Under the pieces are notes generated by a model that saw only the letters and a list, made by a program, of their open reading frames with translations, had not been told where the DNA came from and searched no databases. From the NCBI GenBank assembly GCA_027923505.1, contig BROI01000034.1, positions 124,001 through 188,000 of the forward strand: a DNA stretch of 64,000 nt, in the 5' to 3' direction. Shown in pieces: positions 21,371 to 32,061 of this stretch (position 1 is its first letter; the number at the start of each line of letters is the position of its first letter). The translations under genes were made by a program, and so were the position numbers. The DNA comes from Mayamaea pseudoterrestris. Its lineage: Eukaryota.

Positions 21371-21473
21371 GGTGGTGGTTGATCAGAGGAATCGGACTCG
21401 CTGCAGACCGAATGTGTCACAATAAGCTCCCTGCTCGTTCTCGCTCTCAAAGCACTGAAATGTTAATCTATTC

Positions 21474-24400
21474 ATGTACACTGCGTTTCCGCAATTGCCT
21501 CGAAGTCCCTGGATACCAGTCGATCTTAATAGAAGTAGCGACAAGTCTGACGCTCAGAGCGTCTATAGCGAACTCGCGACCAAGTTTGGTTCCGCCGGGT
21601 GTAGCTACCATCCAAGCCGAACTAATTGCAAGCCGCTTGCGGCGGTAGTAACTTGATTCGACCTGGACGAAAGGGCACCTACAAGTTCTAAAAACTACAT
21701 CGAACAGCTCATGAAGAATCTCCGAAGAGTTCCGTCCTGGAGTGATGGATGACAAGAATAAGCACTACTGGCTCCGAGCTGCAGTGAAATTTAATCCGTT
21801 ACGTTGCACCGGCGTTGACTGTTGCTATAATTATTTGACGATGACGGACATACCAGCAAACGTGACCCAGACGCCGTTCGTGAACGGAAGATATGCTTCC
21901 TCTTTTGACTGTGTTCTGACAGGCTCTGGCGCGTCGACAACAAAACGCCAAGTTGAATAAGGGGCAAGAAGAACGACCGCCACCACGGTTTAACGCGAAC
22001 ACTTCGGGCAAGGACGTGGTAATACGGACGCGGTTCCGGACAGCGGAGGACGCGGACAAGGCGACGCGGCGGTGGACGACGGTGGACGCGGTTCTCAAGT
22101 GAGCCGCGGTTCCGAGGACGAGGCTCTTCGCGCCACTACCAGCAGCCGGTACGCAAGCGCATGAGGAACGATTCTGGCGATTATCTGAACTTTGAACAGT
22201 TGTTGCAGAACCCTGGTCGTACATGTCATCGACATTCGCCGACTTAACGAGGACGAATACGCTCAGCTCATGGCTCGACGCGAAGCCGTCCCAAGACCCG
22301 CCACTACAAGACGCGCGAACAATGGCAACCGTGCGAATAACCAGCAGTCACAAGCGGCTGCCTCGGTGCCTGGTACAATCTTGTATCAGAATGACATTTG
22401 TCTCTCGTCGCCCCGACGACAGCCACTCAAGGTGCACCGGATGACATGATTAGATCTTTCCTTGCGAACGCCAAGCTTTGTCGCACTCAAGCTGCGAATA
22501 ACACCCAGCAAGAGTTTATAGGAAGCGGCCGTCGGTACCGCGCAATGGTATCGGTGCGCTACACTGTGAATCGGAGCTCGCAGCAACGGACCCGCCAGGA
22601 TCGCTGATTGACGGTGCGAGCGGTGGACTTCGCTGGGGCGATATGAGAATCTTGAGTACTACCAACCACACGTGTAACGTGACAGGTTTGAGCGACCACA
22701 CGGTTCGCGACCTTCAAGTCGGAACTGGCGTCGCATTGATTGAGACTCGGACTGGACCCATTATCGGGCAGTTCAACCAGTATGCTTTGTACGACGGTGC
22801 TGAATCCATTCATGCTCCGTCGCAGCTTCGTTCGTTCGGCCATCTGATCGACGACGTCGCTCGCTCCCAGAATGGAGCACAAGCCATTGTCACCAGTTGT
22901 GGCAAGACCATCCCCTTGGCGATCCGTGACGGCTTGCCTCGTATGGATATGCGTCCACCGACGGACGCAGAGTTGGAAATGTATCCGACGGTCATTTTCT
23001 CTGCGGACACCCTTTGGGATCCGGAGTTGGATAATGAATGGAACGAAGAAGAACTTGAGCTTAATCGTCGCTCGACGATTGTAAGAAGCCACGGTTTAGT
23101 CGACGCATGGACGACTTCGGCGACGCCACCTACCGGAACAACATGAACTCAGTGGAACGTGTGGTGCAGTATGTCGATCGCAATCAGGCTGATACGACGC
23201 GCCAAGCCAATGCACGACGCATAATGCCACAAGAACCTGACTACCAAGCGCTTCGACCCTATCTTGGCTATACGCCACTTGAACGAGTCAAGCGCACCAT
23301 CAAGAATACGACACAGCTTTTCCGTGCATCGGCACACACCCCATTTCGCCAACACTTTAAGTCGCGATTCCCTGCCGCCAATGTGGTTCGTTTCCATGAC
23401 GATACGGCGACAGATACCTGGTTTTCCAAGGAAGCCGCCTTTAACGACGGAATCCGCGGCCATGGCGGATGCAAGATGATGCAACTGTTCGTCGGCAAGA
23501 AGAGTCTGCTGACGAGGGGATACCCACTGAGAACCGAGAGTGACATGCCCATGGCGCTCGAAGACTTCATTCGAGACATTGGCGCTCCCGATTTGCTCAT
23601 TAGCGATAACTCGCGAGTGCAGCTCGGGAAGCAAGTTGAAACCTTGTTGCGATTCTACGCGATTCGTGACCAACAGAGCGAGCCCGGATACCAGAACCAG
23701 AACCCTGCCGAGCGTCGCATCCAAGAAGTCAAGTCATCAGTCCAAAACATCATGAACCGTACGGGCGCACCCGCTGGAGCCTGGCTCCTATGCGCGCTAC
23801 GCGTAATCCTTATTCAACAATCTGGCGACCGAGTCCCTCAACTGGAAGACCCCTACTGAAGCCGCCTTCAACCGAGTACCGACATTTCGCCGTTCCTACA
23901 GTTCAAGTTCTGGGAACGAGTCCGCATGACGGCTGGAGCCGACGACCGCCGACATTTCCTCACACCAAGGAAGCAGCAGGACGCTGGGTCGGCATTGCAG
24001 AAAAACAAGGTGACATCCTCACGTACACAGTTCGATCTGATCGGACTGGAATGGTTGTCGTCCGATCCAACGCTACCGAAGGACGTAACCTACGCGCTGA
24101 AGCTGAAAGCGCTCCTGAACCGAGATCGAACGCTGCCATGTTCGCGGAACCTATCTCCGGCGCCCGCGTGCGAGTCCAGTCGGAAATCGAGCGAGTTTGG
24201 CAGTGCGAGTATGATCGGTCCGTGTGTTTGAAACCAGCTACGTTCCTGAGGGACCGAAAGGCATTGATGAGCGCTGCCGAAGTTAGCCGGTCTGGATCCC
24301 GATGGACCCATACAGTCTTATCGAAGCGGCGGACTGTCCTTCTTTGCCGAGGAAGACGGCTCGACGTTACAAGGTTATTGAGCAACTAAGAACGATCGCG

Positions 24401-24600
24401 ATGAAGCCAACCACAAGATTATCAAGTTTCGATTGAGTCTCGCGACGGCGACGCGTCGACGAGCTTATTACCTACAACGAACTAGCTGACCTATGGGATT
24501 CTTCATTTAGGGACGATGAACCATTTATCAGAAGTTTGTATTTTATTGACGACAGGGCGAAGGTCCACTGACACAAGCCGACGCTACGTATCGCGGCTCA
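21474..24600 (+). pseudogene. Frameshifted gag-protease-integrase region of family B
   Basis: Homologous domains are broken across frames (ORFs 21474-21656, 21742-21960, 22643-23146, 23107-23859, 23790-24389). Confidence 0.8.
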
Positions 24601-24609
24601 TCCTACAAC

Positions 24610-26514
24610 TTGCTCATCCAATGGGCAAATGGCGAGAAGACCTGGGAGCCACTCGCATTGATTATCAAGTCCGACCCTGTGACCGTTGCCGAGTACGGCA
24701 AGCGCAAGGGTATGCTGGACAAGGATGGATGGAAGCGCTTGAGGCGCATGGCAGGACGCACTAAAATGTTTAACCGCATGTGCAAGGCTGCAAAGAAGAA
24801 CCGTGTCCAAGAAGCGCGTTTCAAGTTTGGCGTTCAAGTTCCTAATACCTGGAAGGAAGCGAACCGCCTCGACGCTGCTAATGGAAACACCCTGTGGGCT
24901 GACGCCGTCAAGACTGAGATGGAGCAGCTACACGAGTACGACACTTTCATCGACAAGGGCATTGGTGCCTTCATGGAAAGTGACTGGAAGCGCATCAACG
25001 CGCATCTTGTTTTCGACTGCAAGAACGACCTACGACGTAAGGCCCGACTCGTCGCCGGGGGACATTTGACCGCTCTGCCCAAGGACTCCGCCTACTCCAG
25101 CGTTGTATCTATGCGAAGCATTCGAACCATAGCACTGTTAGCTGAACTGAACGACCTCAAGTTTTGGGCTGCCGATGTCGGCAACGCCTACCTCGAGGCC
25201 AAGACCAAGGAAAAGGTCTACATTGTTGCCGGTCCCGAGTTTGGACCATTGGAAGGCCATACCTTGGTCATCTACAAGGCACTTTACGGATTGCGCACTT
25301 CTGGCGCGCGTTGGCATGAGCACTTTGCCGACACACTCCGCGACATTGGATTCTACCCAAGCTACGCGGATCCTGACGTCTGGATGAAAGACTGTGGCAC
25401 TCACTACGAGTACGTCGGCGTGTTCGTCGACGATCTGGCTATGGCCATGAAAGATCCACAAGCCTTCACAGACCTCCTCAAGGAGAAGTACAAGTACAAG
25501 TTGAAGGGCGTCGGTGACATCAAGTACCACCTTGGAGCCGACTTCTATCGTGATCCCGATGGAACCCTCTGCATGAGCGCGAAGACCTACGTCGGTCGCA
25601 TGCTCAAGAACTACGAAACCATGTTTGGCGAGAAACCACGCAAGCGCAAGTCACCGCTTGACGACGGGGACCACCCCGAACTTGACCTTACCGAAGAGCT
25701 GGATGCCCGTGGCATTCAACAGTACCAGTCTCTTATCGGTGCCCTCCAGTGGGCAGTGACCCTATGTCGACTAGACATTCATTGTGCCGTAATGACACTT
25801 GGCCGATTCCGCTGCGCCCCGCGCCGTGGACACCTGGACCGAGCCAAGCGAGTCTGCGGTTACCTAGCTGAGTACCCTGATGCGGCGATTCGTTTCCGGA
25901 CGAAGATCGTCGATCACGGGGAACCTACCAAGTATGATTGGTTGCAATCGGTCTACGGCAACTCAAGCGAAGAGCTTCCGTGGAACATGCCGATCCCGAA
26001 GGGCAAGCCTGTGCAACTAACTACCTTTATGGACGCGAACCTGTACCATGATTACACTACTGGACGTTCCGCAATGGGAATCCTGCATTTCCTGAACCAG
26101 ACGCCCGTCGAATGGTTCTGCAAGCGTCAGAATACTGTCGAGACTGCAACGTACGGATCCGAGTTCGTCGTCGCCAAGACTGCGACGGAACAGATTATGG
26201 ATTTCCGATACTCCCTACGCATGTTGGGAGTTCCTTTGAGTGGACCAGCCTGGATGTTCGGCGACAACGAAAGTGTCAAGAAGTCGTCAACGATCCCGCA
26301 CTCCACACTTTCTAAGCGACACAATGCGCTCGCCTACCACCGAGTTCGCGAGGCCATTGCAAGCAATGTTCTGTACTTTGAGCACATCTTCGGCAAGCAG
26401 AACGTCGCCGACGTTCTTACCAAGTTCTTGCCGCATGCCACGTTCCGACCCCTGATCATTCCGATTCTTTTCTGGAAGGGTGATACGGCAAACCGATCGT
26501 TGTCACAAGCCTAG
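24610..26514 (+). CDS. Copia pol RT-RNase H, family B, copy 1
   Basis: 634 aa: LIQWANGEKTWEPL, RKARLVAGGH, ADVGNAYLEA, KALYGLRTSGARW, VFVDD, FMDANL, ETATYGSEF, NVADVLTK. Confidence 0.92.
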   Translation: MLIQWANGEKTWEPLALIIKSDPVTVAEYGKRKGMLDKDGWKRLRRMAGRTKMFNRMCKAAKKNRVQEARFKFGVQVPNTWKEANRLDAANGNTLWADAVKTEMEQLHEYDTFIDKGIGAFMESDWKRINAHLVFDCKNDLRRKARLVAGGHLTALPKDSAYSSVVSMRSIRTIALLAELNDLKFWAADVGNAYLEAKTKEKVYIVAGPEFGPLEGHTLVIYKALYGLRTSGARWHEHFADTLRDIGFYPSYADPDVWMKDCGTHYEYVGVFVDDLAMAMKDPQAFTDLLKEKYKYKLKGVGDIKYHLGADFYRDPDGTLCMSAKTYVGRMLKNYETMFGEKPRKRKSPLDDGDHPELDLTEELDARGIQQYQSLIGALQWAVTLCRLDIHCAVMTLGRFRCAPRRGHLDRAKRVCGYLAEYPDAAIRFRTKIVDHGEPTKYDWLQSVYGNSSEELPWNMPIPKGKPVQLTTFMDANLYHDYTTGRSAMGILHFLNQTPVEWFCKRQNTVETATYGSEFVVAKTATEQIMDFRYSLRMLGVPLSGPAWMFGDNESVKKSSTIPHSTLSKRHNALAYHRVREAIASNVLYFEHIFGKQNVADVLTKFLPHATFRPLIIPILFWKGDTANRSLSQA

Positions 26515-26525
26515 ATCAAGGGGGA

Positions 26526-26854
26526 TGACACAATATTATTGAGTTGAGTTGACCTGCGTCTCATGACAAGACGGTTAGCTACCTGTGTTTTGTATGCATT
26601 TAATCCTGTGCAGGGTTGAGTCACACTTGTGACCGAATCCTCACATACATGAGTGAAATCGCTGACGATCGAGGCGTGAACCTCGACCGTGAACCCAGTG
26701 AGAACGAGAAAGAAGCGCACGAGTAGAGTAGCGAGTAACATGCACTATTCTAGCAATTGAGTTTGTTTGTTTGCTTTACGCTGGACGAAGAGGTTGATTG
26801 CTCCGAGTCCATTGTAGTCGCTGGAATAAAGGTTCGTCTGATATTATCGTGTCA
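26526..26854 (+). repeat. LTR of family B (329 bp), copy 1
   Basis: TGACACAATA...TATCGTGTCA terminal inverted repeat, preceded by the PPT; AATAAA near the 3' end. Confidence 0.88.
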
Positions 26855-27131
26855 ACTGTCCTTCTTTGCCGAGGAAGACGGCTCGACGTTACAAGGTTAT
26901 TGAGCAACTAAGAACGATCGCGATGAAGCCAACCACAAGATTATCAAGTTTCGATTGAGTCTCGCGACGGCGACGCGTCGACGAGCTTATTACCTACAAC
27001 GAACTAGCTGACCTATGGGATTCTTCATTTAGGGACGATGAACCATTTATCAGAAGTTTGTATTTTATTGACGACAGGGCGAAGGTCCACTGACACAAGC
27101 CGACGCTACGTATCGCGGCTCATCCTACAAC

Positions 27132-29036
27132 TTGCTCATCCAATGGGCAAATGGCGAGAAGACCTGGGAGCCACTCGCATTGATTATCAAGTCCGACCCT
27201 GTGACCGTTGCCGAGTACGGCAAGCGCAAGGGTATGCTGGACAAGGATGGATGGAAGCGCTTGAGGCGCATGGCAGGACGCACTAAAATGTTTAACCGCA
27301 TGTGCAAGGCTGCAAAGAAGAACCGTGTCCAAGAAGCGCGTTTCAAGTTTGGCGTTCAAGTTCCTAATACCTGGAAGGAAGCGAACCGCCTCGACGCTGC
27401 TAATGGAAACACCCTGTGGGCTGACGCCGTCAAGACTGAGATGGAGCAGCTACACGAGTACGACACTTTCATCGACAAGGGCATTGGTGCCTTCATGGAA
27501 AGTGACTGGAAGCGCATCAACGCGCATCTTGTTTTCGACTGCAAGAACGACCTACGACGTAAGGCCCGACTCGTCGCCGGGGGACATTTGACCGCTCTGC
27601 CCAAGGACTCCGCCTACTCCAGCGTTGTATCTATGCGAAGCATTCGAACCATAGCACTGTTAGCTGAACTGAACGACCTCAAGTTTTGGGCTGCCGATGT
27701 CGGCAACGCCTACCTCGAGGCCAAGACCAAGGAAAAGGTCTACATTGTTGCCGGTCCCGAGTTTGGACCATTGGAAGGCCATACCTTGGTCATCTACAAG
27801 GCACTTTACGGATTGCGCACTTCTGGCGCGCGTTGGCATGAGCACTTTGCCGACACACTCCGCGACATTGGATTCTACCCAAGCTACGCGGATCCTGACG
27901 TCTGGATGAAAGACTGTGGCACTCACTACGAGTACGTCGGCGTGTTCGTCGACGATCTGGCTATGGCCATGAAAGATCCACAAGCCTTCACAGACCTCCT
28001 CAAGGAGAAGTACAAGTACAAGTTGAAGGGCGTCGGTGACATCAAGTACCACCTTGGAGCCGACTTCTATCGTGATCCCGATGGAACCCTCTGCATGAGC
28101 GCGAAGACCTACGTCGGTCGCATGCTCAAGAACTACGAAACCATGTTTGGCGAGAAACCACGCAAGCGCAAGTCACCGCTTGACGACGGGGACCACCCCG
28201 AACTTGACCTTACCGAAGAGCTGGATGCCCGTGGCATTCAACAGTACCAGTCTCTTATCGGTGCCCTCCAGTGGGCAGTGACCCTATGTCGACTAGACAT
28301 TCATTGTGCCGTAATGACACTTGGCCGATTCCGCTGCGCCCCGCGCCGTGGACACCTGGACCGAGCCAAGCGAGTCTGCGGTTACCTAGCTGAGTACCCT
28401 GATGCGGCGATTCGTTTCCGGACGAAGATCGTCGATCACGGGGAACCTACCAAGTATGATTGGTTGCAATCGGTCTACGGCAACTCAAGCGAAGAGCTTC
28501 CGTGGAACATGCCGATCCCGAAGGGCAAGCCTGTGCAACTAACTACCTTTATGGACGCGAACCTGTACCATGATTACACTACTGGACGTTCCGCAATGGG
28601 AATCCTGCATTTCCTGAACCAGACGCCCGTCGAATGGTTCTGCAAGCGTCAGAATACTGTCGAGACTGCAACGTACGGATCCGAGTTCGTCGTCGCCAAG
28701 ACTGCGACGGAACAGATTATGGATTTCCGATACTCCCTACGCATGTTGGGAGTTCCTTTGAGTGGACCAGCCTGGATGTTCGGCGACAACGAAAGTGTCA
28801 AGAAGTCGTCAACGATCCCGCACTCCACACTTTCTAAGCGACACAATGCGCTCGCCTACCACCGAGTTCGCGAGGCCATTGCAAGCAATGTTCTGTACTT
28901 TGAGCACATCTTCGGCAAGCAGAACGTCGCCGACGTTCTTACCAAGTTCTTGCCGCATGCCACGTTCCGACCCCTGATCATTCCGATTCTTTTCTGGAAG
29001 GGTGATACGGCAAACCGATCGTTGTCACAAGCCTAG
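27132..29036 (+). CDS. Copia pol RT-RNase H, family B, copy 2
   Basis: Translation identical to 24610-26514. Confidence 0.88.
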   Translation: MLIQWANGEKTWEPLALIIKSDPVTVAEYGKRKGMLDKDGWKRLRRMAGRTKMFNRMCKAAKKNRVQEARFKFGVQVPNTWKEANRLDAANGNTLWADAVKTEMEQLHEYDTFIDKGIGAFMESDWKRINAHLVFDCKNDLRRKARLVAGGHLTALPKDSAYSSVVSMRSIRTIALLAELNDLKFWAADVGNAYLEAKTKEKVYIVAGPEFGPLEGHTLVIYKALYGLRTSGARWHEHFADTLRDIGFYPSYADPDVWMKDCGTHYEYVGVFVDDLAMAMKDPQAFTDLLKEKYKYKLKGVGDIKYHLGADFYRDPDGTLCMSAKTYVGRMLKNYETMFGEKPRKRKSPLDDGDHPELDLTEELDARGIQQYQSLIGALQWAVTLCRLDIHCAVMTLGRFRCAPRRGHLDRAKRVCGYLAEYPDAAIRFRTKIVDHGEPTKYDWLQSVYGNSSEELPWNMPIPKGKPVQLTTFMDANLYHDYTTGRSAMGILHFLNQTPVEWFCKRQNTVETATYGSEFVVAKTATEQIMDFRYSLRMLGVPLSGPAWMFGDNESVKKSSTIPHSTLSKRHNALAYHRVREAIASNVLYFEHIFGKQNVADVLTKFLPHATFRPLIIPILFWKGDTANRSLSQA

Positions 29037-29047
29037 ATCAAGGGGGA

Positions 29048-29376
29048 TGACACAATATTATTGAGTTGAGTTGACCTGCGTCTCATGACAAGACGGTTAG
29101 CTACCTGTGTTTTGTATGCATTTAATCCTGTGCAGGGTTGAGTCACACTTGTGACCGAATCCTCACATACATGAGTGAAATCGCTGACGATCGAGGCGTG
29201 AACCTCGACCGTGAACCCAGTGAGAACGAGAAAGAAGCGCACGAGTAGAGTAGCGAGTAACATGCACTATTCTAGCAATTGAGTTTGTTTGTTTGCTTTA
29301 CGCTGGACGAAGAGGTTGATTGCTCCGAGTCCATTGTAGTCGCTGGAATAAAGGTTCGTCTGATATTATCGTGTCA
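29048..29376 (+). repeat. LTR of family B, copy 2
   Basis: Same sequence as 26526-26854. Confidence 0.88.
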
Positions 29377-31325
29377 AACTGGTTATCAGAAGATCCGAGT
29401 CCATTTTGTGTACGATGTCAAGCACGATTTGCGATACAAGGCACGTCTCGTTGCAGGCGGCCACATGACGAAAGACAACGACGATGCCTACTCCAGTGTT
29501 ATCTCATTGAAGGCAATGCGTCTAGCTCTCGTCATTGGAGAAGCGAACGGCAAGAAGTGCATGGTCGGTGACATTGGGAATGCTTATCTCGAAGCGTTCA
29601 CCAAGGAGAAGGTATAGCCTGAGTTCGGGGCGAAGGACACATCCTGGTCATCGTCAAGGCTTTGTACGGATTGCGAACGATTTCACGAACGCTTAGCCGA
29701 CGCCCTACTTGCGGAAGGGTGGAAGCCGTCCTATTGCGATTCCGATCTGTGGATCAAGGACGCCGGCGACAGCTACGACTACCTCTGTGTATGGGTCGAC
29801 GATCTGTTGAATATTTCAGACGATCCAGCAGCGTTCTTCAAGATGCTAGAGGAGAAGTACAAGTTTAAGCTCAAAGGTGTTGGACATCCCGAGTATCATC
29901 TCGGCGGTGACTTTGGACGAGACCCTGACGGAACTCTTTACTGGTCGGCCAAGACCTACGTTGCGAAACTCTTGGCGCAGTACGAGCGTTTGTTTGAAGG
30001 TCCTCCGAAGAAGTATTCATCACCAATCGACAAAGACGATCATCCAGAACTTGACCAAAGCGAGCTACTGAACGACCAAGAGAAGAAGATTTACCAGTCT
30101 CTAGTCGGAGCACTTCAGTGGGCGATTACTTTGGGACGATTTGACATTGCCGTTGCAGTTGTGAGTCTGTCGCGATTCCGTGTGGAGCCGCGCAAGGGAC
30201 ACCTGCAGCCGGGTGAAGCGAGTCTGTGGATATTCACGAGAGTTACCGGACGCAGCAATCCGTTTCCGCACGGAGTGGCCAGCCAACGAGGAGACTCCGG
30301 CACCATGGAGGAACAAGATTGGGAGCGCAGCGTTTACGGGAAGGACGGAGTTGATGAGATGTTGGACGTCTACCCACCGCCAAAGGGTGTGACTGTACGA
30401 ACATCAACTTTCGAGGATGCGTGTCTCATGCATTGCATGGTGACAGGCAAGTCATTGGAAGGAGTTTTGTCATTTGTCAACCAGACGCCTGTCGACTGGC
30501 ATTGCAAACTCCAGGCTACAGTCGAGACCGCGACCTTCGGATCGGAATTCGGCGTAGCAAAGAGTGGAACGGATATCAGCATTTCTCTACGCGCGTCGCT
30601 CATGGCTATGGGCGTACCATTGGAGAAGTCTGCCTGGATGTACGGAGACAACCAAGCAGTGATTACACAATCTACAATCCCGAGTTCGACATTGTCCAAG
30701 CGACACAATGCGTTTGCCTACCATCGTGTTCGTTGGGCAGTTGCTGCGGGGATTATCAAGTTTGTGAAGATTGACGGAAAGGAGAACATTGCGGACGTAC
30801 TGACGAAGTACCTGCCGTACTGTGATGCGATGCCATTGCTCAAGCCAGTATTGTTTTGGCGCGGCGATACATCGTATGCGATTGTGAAGGACAAGAATGC
30901 GGCTACGACGAGCAGCGTACCCGAGGGGAGTGACAAGTCGCAGAGCGGCGAAGTCAAGAGCCCGAACCCTAATTAGCTTGTGTCGAGTCCGCAGCTGTCG
31001 TATGTGACATGTGAATGAAGAAAGTGCGCAACCGTCGTGTGGATGCGTTGTATGAATGGAACGACCAGTTACGACTGATGTAATGTGATTGAAAGAAACG
31101 GATTGATCGGATGATCTTCCGAGTGGTCGATGTAGCGATGTAGCGATAAGCTCACAATGTAGAACTACTAGTTTGCGACGAGAGTGCAGTCGTATTCGTG
31201 TAGTGGCGAGCGCAAGACTATTCGACGAGCCATCTCCATCAAGAGCTGTACAGACCGTGGCCAAGGACCCTGTATCGGAGCTTTTTGGAGGTAAGACGTT
31301 GACTGCGAAATCGTCAACGGTGTTA
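29377..31325 (+). mobile_element. 3' fragment of copia family A (RT-RNase H remnant + LTR), inverted relative to the copy at 14950-16926
   Basis: Starts mid-RT at TGYQKIRVHFVYDVKHD; small deletions and frameshifts at ~29615-29680 and ~30210-30300; PPT and LTR at 30931-31325. Confidence 0.9.
30931..31325 (+). repeat. 3' LTR of family A, second (inverted) copy
   Basis: Reverse complement of 14950-15344; about two substitutions seen by eye. Confidence 0.85.
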
Positions 31326-32061
31326 AGCTGTTTACTGTGTGGATTTTTGCCCTCCCAAACAACTGATGCTACACGTGAGCTGGGAGTGACTGTTATGCAC
31401 CAATCTCACCGCATACGTATCCCCAAGGATAGCCAGAACAGAATTCATGGAACAAGATTTGTGGGTAGTCACTGAAGGCCACACACTGTAGCACCGTGTA
31501 GCTGGTTGCAGTAGGATAGATCCGGACATGTCTCACAACAATACTTGGAACACAGCAGCTGTGACCTTGATGATGCCATGGTTGTTGTGCATGCAATGAC
31601 CTCTAATAATAAATGTGTGAGCTATCCCAAACACATTGCTATACTTTAGGAGTATGCTCTGAGAGAGCCATTAACTACCACTCAATTACTGCAATCTCTT
31701 GCCTCTCCTTCTATTCCATATAGACTAAAATTGTTAACACCATTGTTTGGCAGTCTTTGTGTGCGCGGAGCGCGTAAAAGTCCTTGCAGGCTTTGTGAAA
31801 CCATTGATCCTGCCACCTCCCCGCCCCGCGAAGGTGTTATGTATTAGCTGGCCTATACTGCTTGCCAAAGTCGAGCAGAATACCGTGTCGCATGGGGTTT
31901 GCTGGTGCCTGCGCCGCGCTGGCTGCGAAGCGTGATGCTTATTCGGCACAGGCATGACCATGACGGAAAGACCAACAGCTATACATCGTCACTTCCTCTT
32001 TCTTTCCCACATAAGCTTGTCCAAGTCAAGCCTGCATCTTATCATGGTATCGAAGTAAAGA

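Larger units (their letters stand above)
14950..21420 (-). mobile_element. Ty1/copia (CoDi-like) LTR retrotransposon, family A; 3' LTR present, 5' LTR absent, gag-PR-IN frameshifted
   Basis: Order on the minus strand: gag (ATG 21370), protease (VDRGASGG ~19810), integrase (VAHDT / LDN / NQNPAERII, ~18600-18280), RT-RNaseH ORF, PPT GAGGGGAG, LTR. The right boundary is approximate. Confidence 0.9.
21430..26854 (+). mobile_element. Ty1/copia (CoDi-like) LTR retrotransposon, family B; 5'-truncated, ending in a 3' LTR
   Basis: gag fragments (DAQSVYSELATKFGSAG, KHYWLRAAV), protease ~22605-22980, integrase (ATDT, ISDN, NQNPAERRIQEVK), RT-RH ORF 24610-26514, PPT AAGGGGGA, LTR TGACAC...GTGTCA. The left boundary is approximate. 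Confidence 0.9.
26855..29376 (+). mobile_element. Apparently exact tandem duplicate (2522 bp) of the 3' part of element B (24333-26854)
   Basis: All ORFs recur with identical translation at offset +2522; the duplicate starts immediately after the LTR's terminal CA. Confidence 0.92.

Noticed and set aside
29377..29392. Primer-binding site (TGGTTATCAGA, resembling TGGTATCAGA) after LTR-B, which would make it a 5' LTR
   Set aside because: The sequence is colinear with family A RT codons TGYQK, differing only by synonymous changes; the LTR is preceded by a PPT and no gag follows.
30931..30938. LTR-A start TGACAAGT matching the satellite palindrome core
   Set aside because: The match is only 8 bp with no extended similarity, which is expected by chance.
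13430..31740. One large DNA transposon (TTAA/TIR or Helitron) enclosing the whole repeat island
   Set aside because: I found no matching terminal inverted repeats, TSD or convincing hairpin-CTAG end by eye.
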